Position numbers and translations under genes: made by a program
Notes under the pieces: generated by a model
What the model saw: the letters and a program-made list of their open reading frames with translations, nothing else
Databases searched by the model: none
What the model was told of the DNA's origin: nothing
Shown: in pieces, positions 36,061 to 49,286 of the stretch
Layout: every line of letters starts with the position of its first letter
Position numbering within the stretch: position 1 is the first letter of the stretch
Source of the DNA: Octopus sinensis
Lineage: Eukaryota
Assembly (NCBI RefSeq): GCF_006345805.1
Contig: NC_043025.1
Coordinates: forward strand, 12,338,001-12,402,000
Length of the DNA: 64,000 nt
Direction of reading: 5' to 3'

Positions 36061-37809
36061 CTTGAAATGTACAACTGTGTAGTCAGGTAGGTTCATTGCC
36101 AATCCATTGAACAACCAAGGGTAGATCTGTAGCATCTTGTTCAGCTAGGGTATATAGAATAAGAGGGTATAGAATAGCAGGGCATAGAGAAAATATAGTA
36201 TTTTTATACATAGTGTGTAGGACAGCAGAGCGTATAGAAAATATAGTATTTTTCTTTTTACTTGTTTCAGTCATTTGACTGCGGCCATGCTGGAGCACCG
36301 CCTTTAGTCGAGCAACTCGACCCCGGGACTTATTCTTTGTAAGCCCAGTACTTATTCTATTGGTCTCTTTTGCCGAACCGCTAAGTGACGGGGACGTAAA
36401 CACACCAGCATCGGTTGTCAAGCAATGCTAGGGGGACAAACACAAACATACACACACACACACATATATACATACATATACATATATGCAACAGTCTCCT
36501 TTCAATTTCCGTCTACCAAATCCGCTCACAAGGCATTGGTCGGCCTGAGGCGATAGCAGAAGACACTTGCCCAAGGTGCCACACAGTGGGACTGAACCCG
36601 GAACCATGTGGTTGGTAAACAAGCTACTTACCACACAGCCACTCCTACACCTAATACATATATATATGACAGGCTTCTTTCAGTTTCCATCTACCAAATC
36701 CACTCACAAGGCATTGGTCGGCCCGAGGCGATAGCAGAAGACACTTGCCCAAGGTGCCACACAGTGGGACTGAACCCGGAACCATGTGGTTGGTAAACAA
36801 GCTACTTACCACACAGCCACTCCTACACCTAATACATATATATATGACAGGCTTCTTTCAGTTTCCATCTACCAAATCCACTCACAAGGCATTGGTCGGC
36901 CCGAGGCGATAGCAGAAGACACTTGCCCAAGGTGCCACGCAGTGGGACTGAACCCGGAACCATGTGGTTGGTAAACAAGCTACTTACCACACAGCCACTC
37001 CTGCGCCTATATATATATATATACATTATTTACAATTGACAGATATTTGTCCTTGTCTTGTTTGTTGTTAACACAATGTTTCGGCTGATACACCCTCCAG
37101 CCTTCATCAGGTGTCTTGGGGAAATTTTGAACCTGGTTCTCATTCCTAAGGTATTCTTTGATATTATTATTATTATTATTATTATTGTTATTATTATTAT
37201 TCAGGTCACTGCCTGGAATCGAACTCGGAATCTTGGGGTTAGTAGCCCATGCTCTTAACCACTACGCCATATGCCCACGGGCATAGTGGTTAAGAGCACA
37301 GGTAATATGTGAAATAAATGAGAATGCAGAGTGGCGCAGGGTAACAGGTCGAGTGGAGTATGAGGTTGAATGGAGTGTGGTTGAATGGCGTGGGAGGCTG
37401 AGTGGAGTGGGAGGTTGAATGGAGTGTGAGGTTGAGTTGAGTGGGAGGTTGAGTTGAGTGGGAGGTTGAGCAGAATGGGAGATTGAGTGGAGTGGGAGGT
37501 TGAGTTGAGTGGAGGTTGAGTGGAGTGTGAGGCTGAGTGGAGTTGGAGGTTGAATGGAGTGGAAGGTTGAGTGGAGTGGGAGATTGAGTGGAGTGGGAGA
37601 TTGAATGGAGTGTGAGGTTGAGTTGAGTGGGAGGTTGAGTGAAGTGGGAGGTTGAGTGAAGTGGACAGTTGAGTGGAGTGGAAGGTTGAGTGGAGTGTGG
37701 GGTTGTGTATGAAATCAGTGCAAGTTTGAAGTGAGAGGGCAGAGTGAGTGTGATCCGAGAATGTTGAGTGAGGCCATAGAGCGAGAGTGTAGAGTATAGT
37801 AATACTCAC

Positions 37810-38165
37810 ATTGTGGACAAAATCCGTCAGGTGAGCATTCTGCGAAATAAGGAATACGAGTTGTTGCTGCCAGTTGTCATTTTGCATTATTTTGTCTTTC
37901 TTAAGAATATCGGTAAAGGAACTCCACGTCTTCTTCATCGCATCATCCGAGATGACTACGTTGTTCCTTAACCAATCGAGAGACATCAACAGAAAGTTAG
38001 CACGGGGCTGTGTCATAGCTTCTGGCTTCTTTGGGGATTCGGCGTCAGGACCCTTCTTTGTAGGCTTTTCCGGTGCCGGTTTCCCGGGTTTTCCAGGACT
38101 TCCAGATTTAGGTTTCGGCTTTGGTTTTGCATTACTCTGAGCTTGTAGGGAGCACTGAATTATAA
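37810..38165 (-). CDS. Secreted DUF4430-like gene, exon 2 (356 nt)
   Basis: CCTTTGTCCCCAG acceptor (phase 1), AAT|GTGAGT donor; IIQCSLQAQSNAKPKPKPKSGSPGKPGKP...SLDWLRNN...DFVHN. Confidence 0.85.
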
Positions 38166-38357
38166 CTGGGGACAAAGGAAGAATTGGTTGTTGTTTTACC
38201 ATTTTGTTTAGGGAATTTTTTTTTTTGGAAAAGAAGGAATAAAATTAATATAGGTATATAAATATATTTATGTATCTACATAATAATAGTAGGGAATATA
38301 ATTCCAAACTTACAGGGAAAAATTCAATTTAGCAATTCTGAATCAAATTTCACAATA

Positions 38358-38870
38358 TCTATATATATAAAACTGTAGTTGTGTGAGTGTCTGTCCCCTT
38401 CGATTTAGATTCCTAACTCCTCCCACATTTTGCGGTGCAGTTTAACCAAATTCGGGTATCTTATAGTCGTGATTCATATCGAGCCCGTCTGAGTATTAGC
38501 GCGCGTCTACGATGAGTCTACGATTTTAAAAATAATTTAACATCATTTTTTATTCCATTTTAATGCATAATTTTTCGTGTGTCAATGGCGGCGGAGTTGG
38601 CGTCCACGCTCACACCTGCACCTGTTTGCTTCTCCCCCTTCTTCCCTCCCTCGTGAAGCTGTGGGGAAGGGAGTGTAAGGAAATCAACGTCGTAAAGCGT
38701 TGTCAAGGAGACCAGCGTTCTTTTAGAACAACGACTTCATGGCTTGAAGACACCAAAACAGAAATGGCTAAGAAAGCCCGAATTGGCATCTATAAGGGAA
38801 GTAACTCTCTAAAAATGCTTATATAGTTATTTCCCTTACAAACCCGAGCAACGCCGGGCGATACTGCTAG
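38358..38870 (+). mobile_element. Non-autonomous Helitron-type element (513 bp)
   Basis: A|TCTATATATATAAA start; subterminal hairpin CCCGAGCAACGCCGGG; CTAG|T end; no target duplication. Confidence 0.82.
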
Positions 38871-39283
38871 TATATATATATGTATATAATTTAGAGAAAT
38901 AACCTCAATTAAGCAATTCAATAGTGAAAGACATTATCTATATTATATAGAAAAAATTTAAATATACTATAATAAATACGAGCAAAACGCCCCCTGTCCA
39001 ATGGATGGTACTGAATCATATCAAAGGGGAAGCCTATGGGACGGTCGGACAAGTTGTTTTGAGAAAATTTGGTTTAAATGTTTGACAACTCAGCACCGTC
39101 TATTGGACAGGTGGTCGTTTTGTCCATTATATAAAATCCGTTCTGTCTGTCTGTGTGTCTTCTAGAATCTCAGGCATCTTCCATCCGATTGCGCTCAAAC
39201 ATACATATATATATATACATACACACACACACATATATATATACGTATGTATGTACCCACAGTATATATGTAGTTGTACTCAC

Positions 39284-39320
39284 CTGACAATACAATCCAT
39301 GCGAAAAATAGTCGTCTCAT
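39284..39320 (-). CDS. Secreted DUF4430-like gene, first coding exon: MRRLFFAWIVLS
   Basis: ATG 39320, CAG|GTGAGT donor phase 1. With exon 2 it gives the signal-peptide-like MRRLFFAWIVLSVIIQCSLQA. A TTCAG acceptor just 5' of 39328 implies an upstream UTR exon. Confidence 0.72.
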
Positions 39321-39404
39321 TTGAATATCTGAATAATGAATATAAAAAATACTTGGTGTTACATGTACTCTGTGTCTTTTATGTGTCTCTTACTTCATCT
39401 TCCT

Positions 39405-39506
<102 letters not shown>

Positions 39507-39739
39507 CAAGAAAACACAGAAAAAAAGAGAAAAAACAACAACAACGCAGGACGTGGAACATTAAAGTTTATTGGACGCTCAGGAAAGAAGGGAAGGCGGG
39601 TTTAACGTTTCGAGCGGAGCTCTTCGTCGGAAACAAGGAGAAGGAAAGATCCCAAGAAGGGAAGACAGAGGAAAAAATATTTGAGCTGGTGGTGCTCAAG
39701 AGATCACATGTTGAAAGAGTCACATGGTGCTCAAGAGAT

Positions 39740-39778
<39 letters not shown>

Positions 39779-39889
39779 ATAAAGTATAGGCAAGAAGACA
39801 ATAACACACACACATACATATACAACAAGCTTCTTTCAGTTTCCATCTTCCAAATTCACTCACAAGACTTTGGTTAACCCCTAGCGCCT

Positions 39890-40920
39890 GTGTCTATTGG
39901 TGTCTAAATTTGCTTCAGAACCACGGGTAAGGTCTTTGATGTTAAACGTTTTAATGCAAAGTCGAAGACATTCTAAGCCCTTATTTGAGAGTTCCTTTAT
40001 GCTGATGATGCAGTTCTTATGGTTCACACCAAGGAGGACATGTAGGAAATATTGGATCTCTTCTCTGGAGTTTGTATTGCTTTTGGACTTACCATCAGTC
40101 TAAAGAAAACAAAGATTATGTTCTCTCAGCCACCAGACCAACCCTATGTGGAATCTAACATCTTCGTCCAGGGTACAAGATTAGATGTGGTTGACTCATT
40201 CGTCTACCTTGGCAGCACTCTTTCTAGAAATGGGTTCCTTGATTCTGAAATAAACCTGAGAATTGAGAAACCCAGCATTTGGAAGGCTTGAAAATCATGT
40301 GTGGTCTGATAGAGGTAACACCTTCAAACCAAGCTTAGTATCTATGAATATTGCATTTTATCAGTCCTCCTGTACTCTTCTGAGACCTAGATAATATGTA
40401 GTTACCACATCAAGGCTTTAGAAAAGCCTACAAAGAAGGGTCATGGCGCCGAATCCCCAAGGATACTAGATCATCATCATCGTTTAACGTCCGTTTTCCG
40501 CGCTAGCACGGGTTGTACGGTTCGACCGGGTCTGGGAAGCCAGGGGCTGCTCCGGCTCCAGTCTGATCTGGCAGAGTTCAGACTGAGCCTGGAGCAGCCC
40601 CTGGCTTCCCAGACCCCGGTATGAAAAGATATGAAATAGAAGTCTTTAACACCAGACACCCTTGTTCTTCAGCAAACTAACCCATCCAATATTGAAATGA
40701 TCCTCATACGCAATCAGACGCGTTGGGGTGGGCACCTTGCTAGGATGACAGGTTGCCAAAGCAGTTGTTTTACAGGGTGCTGAAGCATAGCAAACGTCTG
40801 AGACATAAACCTTAGAAACGTTTTAGGGATGCTGTCAAAAGCAACCTTTTAGGCTCTTAATGTGAAAGTTGAAGACTGGGAGCATATAACACAAGATCGA
40901 TCGGTTTGGAAACAAATAAT
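39890..40920 (+). pseudogene. Decayed RTE-type LINE reverse transcriptase fragment
   Basis: FLYADDAV motif, then FGLTISLKKTKIMFSQP...VDSFVYLGSTLS; stops and frameshifts; interrupted by a family C insert. Confidence 0.85.
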
Positions 40921-43043
40921 CTACAATAGATATAAAACATGATGGGCTTCTTTCAGTTTCCATCTACCAAATCCACTCAGAAGGCTTTGTTTGGCTGCCT
41001 GATGCTATGTTAGAAGACATTACTTGGCCACCCAAGGTGCCACAGAGGGGAACTGAACCCAGAACTGTGTGTTTTGAGAAGCAAACTTCTTACCACACCA
41101 ACAAAAAAAATCAATAAAGTCGTAGGAGTGGCTGTGTGGTAAGTAGCTTGCTTACCAACCACATGGTTCCGGGTTCAGTCCCACTGCATGGCAATTTGGG
41201 CAAGTGTCTTCTACTATAACCTCGGGTCGACCAAAGCCTTGTGAGTGGATTTGGTAGACGGAAACTGAAAGAAGCCCATCGTATACATATATATATATAT
41301 ATGTTTGTGTGTCTGTGTTTGTCTCCCCAACATCACTTGACAACTGATGCTGGTGTGTTTACGTCCCCTGTAACTTAGCGGTTCGGCAAAAGAGACCGAT
41401 TCAATAAGTACTAGGCTTCCAAAAAAGAATAAGCCCTGGGGTCGATTTGCTCGACTAAAAGGCGGTGCTCCAGCATGGCCACAGTCAAATGACTGAAGCA
41501 AGTAAAAGAGAGACAATAGAGTAAAGAGTAAACTGATTTTTGATTTTTGATGATTTTTCCAGTTTCAGCTGACGAGCTGTGGCCATGCTGGGGCACCGCC
41601 ATGAAAAATAGTCACAGACAGAGATTGAAACCTCTATCTCTACACAGGATTAGTAATTAAATTACCAACCATTTTACCCACTAAGCCACCAAACCTCACC
41701 TTGATAAATTGATAAATTCCTATCACACAAATATCGATAAAACTTTAAAATAATCAGCGTAAGGAATCAGTCCCACTGCATGGCAATTTGGCATAGTGTC
41801 TTCTACTTACCTCGGGGCTGACCAAAGCCATGTGAGTGGATTTGGTAGACGGAAACTGAAAGAAGCCCATCGTATACACATATAATATATATGTTTTGTG
41901 TCTGTGTTTGTCTCCCCAACATCACTTGAACAACCGATCTGGGTGTTTATGTCCGCCATAAAAAATAGTCACAGACAGAGAGTGAACCTCTATCTCTACA
42001 CGATTAGTCATTAAATGACCAACATTTTACACCCACTAAGCCACCAAACCTCACCTTGATAAATTGATAAATTCCTTCACAAATATCGATAAAACTTTAA
42101 AATTAATCAGCGTAAGGAATCAGTCCCACTGCATGGCAATTTGGGCAAGTGTCTTCTACTATAGCCTCGGTCTGACCAAAGCCTTGTGAGTGGATTTGGT
42201 AGACGGAAACTGAAAGAAGCCCATCGTATACACATATATATATATATGTTTGTGTGTCTGTGTTTGTCTCCCCAACATCACTTGACAACCGATGCTGGTG
42301 TGTTTATGTCCGCCATAAAAAATAGTCACAGACAGAGAGTGAAACCTCTATCTCTACACAGGATTAGTCATTAAATTACCAACCATTTTACCCACTAAGC
42401 CACCAAACCTCACCTTGATAAATTGATAAATTCCTATCACAAAATATCGATAAAACTTTAAAATTAATCAGAATAAGGAATTTTTGTACTTACTGAACAT
42501 CATGGCGTGAGGACTCTCTGATTGCTTATGTTTATTTGTTGGTCTACCAAGCAATGGGTCTCTCCCTTTCACTGAGCCCCCCACACACACAACACCTCTC
42601 TCTCTCTCTCTCTCTCTCTCAAGCTCTTTGTCTTCCTCTCTTTCTGATTGTTCTTTGACGAGGAAACAAGACAGACATAGCGTGAGACAGAGAGAGAGAA
42701 GCTTAGGGTGTAACAATTAAAATTTCTTAATTAAAATTATCTTTGATGATAGGATGCATGCATGTACATGTGTCTGTGTGAGAGAGACAGACAGACAGAC
42801 AGACACAGAGAGACAGACAGACAGAGAGAGACAGACAGAAGGAGAGAGACAGAGAGTGCTTCTTTCCATATATCTCTGGTGAAATTCCTCTTCTCTCACA
42901 AAGTCATTCCAAATCTACATATGTATGTTTATATATAGATTTTTTTCCTTAATTAAGATCTAAGTTCCCAGGCTGTGAATATAATTATATACATACTGTG
43001 TGTATGCATGTGTGTGTGTGTATGCGTGCGCATACGCACGTGC

Positions 43044-43074
<31 letters not shown>

Positions 43075-43326
43075 CATACATATATATGTATATATCTATA
43101 AATGTATATATATATATATATATATATATATGCATATATATGTTTGTGTGTGTGTATGTGAGTATATCTATATTTATACGTATATATATATATATATATG
43201 TATAAAAATATATATATGTACATATATCTTTGTAAAAACATGTATATATACATATAGATATATATATATATATGTATACACACACACACCTGCATATAAT
43301 ATGTGTGGTGTATATAGAATCATGTC

Positions 43327-43365
<39 letters not shown>

Positions 43366-43560
43366 TATATATATACATATATATATATACATATATATAT
43401 ACATAATATACATATATATATACATATATATACATATATATATATATATATTAATATATATATATACATATATATATACATATATACATATATATATACT
43501 ATATATACATATATATATATATATATATAATATATATTATATATATATGTACACATTAGA

Positions 43561-43599
<39 letters not shown>

Positions 43600-43889
43600 T
43601 ATCTATGTGTATATATATATATATAATATATATAATATATACACACATATACACACACACATCTATATGTATTTATATGTGTGTATATATGTGTGTGTGT
43701 GTATGCTTATTGAGCAAAAGACAGAGAAGTGTGGGACTCTACCTGTGCTTTCTCACCAGGAACAATTCAACGTCCTATGAATTCAGCCCCACCCTCACGT
43801 ACCCACCCACCCACCTCACATCTACCCCATTCCACTATACACCCTGATCTAAATTAGAATTAACGTGGCAGGAACTTGTCCAACTGGAT

Positions 43890-44765
43890 ATCGCATATTG
43901 GTGGTGTCGGTGGTGGTGATGATGAAGATGGTTGCGGTGGTTGTGGTTACAACAGTGGTGGTGGTGGTGGTGGTGGTGGTGTTGGTTGTGATGGTGGTGG
44001 TGTGGTGGTGGTGGTGGTGCTGATGGTATTGGTGGTGGTAGTGGTGGTGGTAGTGGTGGTAGTGATGGTGGTGGTAGTGGGGGTGATGGTAGTGGTGATG
44101 AGGGTTGTGGTGGTGGTGGTGCTGATGGTGGTGGCTGTTGTAGTGGTGGTGGTGGTGGTTGTTGTAGTGGTGGTGGTGGTGTTGGTGATGGTAGTGGTGG
44201 TGGTGGTGGTAGTGGTGGTGATGGTTGTGCTGGTGGTGGTGGTGCTGATGGTAGTGGTGGTGATGGCGGTGGTAGTGGTGGTGATAGTTGTGCTGGTGGT
44301 GGTATTGGTGGTGGTGCTGATGGTAGTGGTGGTGATGGCGGTGGTAGTGGTGGTGATGGTTGTGCTGGTGGTGGTAGTGGTGGTGGTGGTGGTGGTGGTA
44401 GTGATGGTGGTGGTAGTGGGGGTGATGGTTGTGCTGGTGGTGGTAGTGGTGGTAGTGGTAGTGGTAGTGGTGGTGATGGTTGTGCTGGTGGTGGTAGTGG
44501 TGGTGGTTGTTGTAGTGGTGGTAGTGGTGGTAGTGGTAGTGGGGGTGATGATAGCAGGGATAAGGGTTGTGGTGTGGTGGTGGTGGTGGTGAATGATAAT
44601 GATGGTAACGGTGGTGGTGGTAGTGGTGGTGTGCTAGTAATGACGGTGGTATTGGGAGTAGCTGTAGTGGTTGGGATGGCAGTGGGGTTATTGATGGTGT
44701 ATAAGTAATAGTAGTAGTGGTGGTGGTGGTGGTGGTGGTGGTGGTGGTGGTGGTTGCAGTGATGG
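43890..44765. repeat. (GGT/GTA/GAT)n compound array
   Basis: Explains the Pro-, His- and Val-rich ORFs at 43835-44785. Confidence 0.95.
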
Positions 44766-46272
44766 TGACCACTAACCCCCAACACTATAGCTATTCACCT
44801 GGACAAACCCTACGAAACGACACTTTTAACCCCTTAATAATAAATGCCCACAGCAGAGATCAGCAAACAGGTCAACATTTGACCCCTGAGAGTCTACATG
44901 GCTATCCAAAGGGTTAATAAACACCCGAAAAAATTCTAAATATTAAGGGTACTGAATAATCCTTCGGCAAAATTATTTTTGCTTTTTGACATGGTTGTGT
45001 GGTAAGAAGCTTGCTTGCTAACCACATGGTTGCAGATTCAGTCCCACTGTGTGACACCTTGGATAAAGTGTTTTCTACTATAGCCTTGGATTGACCAAAT
45101 CCTTGTGAATGGATTTGGTAGACGGAAACTGAAAGAAACCCATTGTGTGCGCGTGTGTGTATATACATATATGTGTGTGTGTGTGTGTGTGTTTGTGTTT
45201 GTCCCCCATCCACCATTTGATGACTAGTGTTAGTTTGTTTAAGTCGATTATATCGACCCCAGTGCGTAACTGGTACTTATTTAATCGATCCCGAAACGAT
45301 GAAAGGTAAAGTTGACGTCGGCGTAATTTGAACTCACAATGTAACGGCAGACGAAATCCCTATTTCTTTATTGCCCAAAAGGGGCTAAACACAGAGGGGA
45401 CAAACAAGGACAGACATAGGTATTAAGTCGATTACATTGACCCCAGTGCGTAACTGGTACTTATTTAATCGACCCCGAAAGGATGATGAAAGGCAAAGTC
45501 GACCTCGGCGGAATTTGAACTCAGAACGTAACGGCAGACGAAACACCGCTAAGCATTTCGCCCGGCGTGCTAACGTGTCTGCCAGCTCGCCGCCTTTTTT
45601 TTTTCTTTCTAATATTAGCACAAACACAAGAATTTTACTTCGACGAAAGAATTCACTCGACTACATCGTCCCCGACTGCTTCCTTACAGCTTAATTTACG
45701 GTTTATTTCGATCGACCCCTTTCTCCTTCAAGGAACGAACGTGTAGCAAGCAAACACACACACACAAATATATTAAAAAAAGTCCCGCCCTCAACGAAGG
45801 GACATAACACTAGAGTGATTTCCCCTTATCCAAACCCGTTCACCGAACAGAAGACATCGTCAGGAGGGAAGGTCATCTGGATCGCTCGTAAGTTTACAGT
45901 GTCTTATTCATGTTACATCGGATAATATGGACCTAATCGACTTAATCCCTTTGTCTGTCCTTGTTTGTCCCCTCTATGTTTAGCCCCTTGTGGGTAGTAA
46001 AGAAATAGGTATGAAGATGTCTTAATGTTCTGAGTTCAAATTCCGCCAAGGGCGACTTTGCATTTCCTCCTTTCGGGGGTCGATAAATTAAGTACCAGTT
46101 GCATACTGGGGTTGATATAATTTGGATTTTTGTATTTACCGGGAGGAAAAGAACTCTGTTTAGGAGTCTATTGTATACAGTAAACACAGTTACTAAATAG
46201 ATATCTTGTACACACACACTTTAAGTATATATGTGTGTATATATATTCGATATCAAGTTATATAAATATATA

Positions 46273-46397
46273 CAGGGTGTCCCCAAAAAGATGTATACAC
46301 ACCTTAAATAATTTGTTATTCTTTGTAAGCCTAGTACTTATTCTATCGTTCTCTTTTGCCGAACTACTATGTGTATACATTTTTTTGGGACACCCTG
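46273..46397. mobile_element. Tc1-type MITE (125 bp) with an internal SINE-B fragment
   Basis: TA|CAGGGTGTCCCCAAAAAGATGTATACAC ... GTGTATACATTTTTTTGGGACACCCTG|TA. Confidence 0.78.
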
Positions 46398-46400
46398 TAT

Positions 46401-46433
<33 letters not shown>

Positions 46434-46623
46434 ATATATATATATATTTGAATATAAAACTATATATAAGCTGTAAGAAGTGGTTTTAATGATTTTATTA
46501 ATTTATATTCTTATCTTATATGTATTGAATTATAAGATATATATATATAATATATATATATATATATTATATATATATTATACATATTATACATACATAT
46601 ATATATATATATATATACATATT

Positions 46624-46656
<33 letters not shown>

Positions 46657-46748
46657 CATATTATACATCATATATATATATATTATATATATATATATAT
46701 ATAATTATATATAATATATATATATATATACATATTATACATACATAC

Positions 46749-46789
<41 letters not shown>

Positions 46790-46790
46790 T

Positions 46791-46821
<31 letters not shown>

Positions 46822-46844
46822 ATATATATATATATATACATATT

Positions 46845-46887
<43 letters not shown>

Positions 46888-47535
46888 TATATATACATAT
46901 ACATATATATATATATATATATATACATATATATATGTATGCTATTAAGGTTCTCATTTTGTTAAATGAATAAATAATCCAATATTATGATATCCGAAAG
47001 TTGAGGAACAAACTAAATTTGTTTCTCCATTTTCTTATTTGTATTATGTAAAACAGACAACAGCACAGCTCCTTCCATGGCTTTCGGAAACATTTCTTCA
47101 CACTCAGAGTTGCTGAAGCATGGAACAAACTGCCGGCATCAGTTGTCGGAGCACTGCATCCTTTAAGGCCCTCATGCTTTCCGAAATCCTCCCAAACTAC
47201 ACCTGATTATGTATACACTTTAGATGAGTCGTAGTGCACCTGAGCACTGTACACAATATTTTATTATTATATATACACACATACTTGTATGTGTATATAG
47301 AAAGAAGGAGAGACAGAACTATAGATGTACAACATATGTTTCTACTATTTATGAAGACTTACGTAAGTATGATAACATTTATGCAAGAATATAACATGAA
47401 GAACTGCCTAACATATGAGACACTTTATATATACTTCACTGTATATTTTATTTCTTGACTGAACATTGAAATATATTTGATATACATTTATATAATCTGT
47501 GTGTGTGTAAATATGTATGTACATATATGTGTGTG

Positions 47536-47568
<33 letters not shown>

Positions 47569-47597
47569 ATACATATGAGTATCCTGGAAATACACAC

Positions 47598-47628
<31 letters not shown>

Positions 47629-47908
47629 ATATATGCTTTCCGAAATCCGCCGAAACTACACCTGATTATATATACACTTTAGATGAGTTGTAGTGCACCT
47701 GAGCACTGTACACAATGTTTTTTTATTATTATTATTATTATATATATGTGTGTGTGTATTTGGAGGGCAAGCCACTATGTGGTCGGCCGTATGCTAGAAG
47801 TAGATCACCTAAGATCAAACTACAAAGAAAAGAATGTTCTCTAGAGGAAAATTCAGCGGACACCAGAATGAAAATGCGGGCAAGACATGAAAATTAAATA
47901 AAAAATCA

Positions 47909-47974
<66 letters not shown>

Positions 47975-48712
47975 TATATATACATATACGTACACGCGCT
48001 AGCTAGTCGTGACTAGTCGATCCTTACAGCTACGTAACAAAGTAAATAAAACACAAAAGTAAGGATCGACTAGTCACGACTAGCTAGTACGGATGCGCGC
48101 GTACGCGAGTGCGCGCACCGGGACCACTGTTCTTAAGCAGTACCCGGTCTTTTCCTTTTGAACGGCAGGTGTCAACATAATTTCCCCATAACTAAACACT
48201 TTTAAACTTCGTATTCTGGTAGAATGTGTTTATAAAACATCTTTTTCTCTTGGCTTTATTGAGAAAATTCTATAATTGACAGCAACGATATAGCCGCTAA
48301 GTGGTCACTGGACGTGCTAGAAATAGCAGCCGAATATCTCGAATTACCCTATTTTAACGTATATAAGAAACCCCCAAATTTTGGGGGCTTAAAATTTGGG
48401 AAAAAGGTTCTGTAAGAGATTATAATACTAAGTTATTTTCGGTTTGACCGGCAGTTTTTTAACATAATTTCCACGTAACTAAACACTTTTAAACTTCGTA
48501 TACTGGTAGAATGTGTTTATAAAACATCTTTTTCTCTTGGCTTTATTGAGAAAATTCTATAGTTTGTAAGATATTTGGTTGAATGTGTCAGAAATGTTTC
48601 TATTTTAATTTGTATATAAAAAAACTTTGGCTACTTCTTCTAGCAAGCCATGCAACCACCTACAGGCTCCGTCGTTGGTCTGTCTCGGTCATAATTTCGT
48701 ATAAATGATGAA

Positions 48713-48720
48713 CCGGAAGT
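48713..48720 (+). promoter_or_regulatory. ETS/GABP-type motif CCGGAAGT, candidate SDHAF1/TAMM41 promoter element
   Basis: Exact motif in a CpG-richer unique patch ~1 kb upstream of SDHAF1. Function is inferred only. Confidence 0.35.
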
Positions 48721-49286
48721 TGTTCGTAAACTGCCGCAGTAAATTTCTTCAGCTGAATACATGTCATTGATTGGTACCAGTTACGCACTGGGGTCGATGT
48801 AATCGACTTAATCCCTTTGTCTGTCCTTGTTTGTCCCCTCTATGTTTAGCCCCTTGAGGGCAATAAAGAAATAAGAAAGAGTCAAAGAGGTACCATATTA
48901 CCTGCACTGGAGTCAATGTAATCGACTTAATCCCTTTGTCTGTCCTTGTTTGTCCCCTCTATGTTTAGCCCCTTGAGGGCAATAAAGAAATAAGAAAGAG
49001 TCAAAGAGGTACCATATTACCTGCACTGGGGTCGATGTAATCGACTTAATCCCTTTGTCTGTCCTTGTTTGTCCCCTCTATGTTTAGCCCCTTGTGGGTA
49101 GTAAAGAAATAAGAATAACATTGTAGGGTAGGTGCAAGAGGATTGATCTGGCTGGTTTGACCATAAAACAGAATATTTGGGCTGGACATGGCCTGTTTTA
49201 ATGCTAAAGGGTTGATTAGATTATTCCAACCCCCATATCCCAACCCCTGAATTTCTGGCCTTGTGCTATGTCAGAAACAGTTGTTA

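Noticed and set aside
37874-38140. + strand ORF with hydrophobic stretches; likewise antisense ORFs over SDHAF1 and TAMM41
   Set aside because: Antisense shadows of real exons.
42953-43780. IYIY/CVCV/THTH ORFs here and at about 3.0, 20.4, 22.2, 29.7, 46.5 and 54-55 kb
   Set aside because: Dinucleotide microsatellites open in several frames on both strands.
43835-44785. Extensin/formin-like Pro-rich and His-rich ORFs
   Set aside because: Alternative readings of a (GGT)n array.
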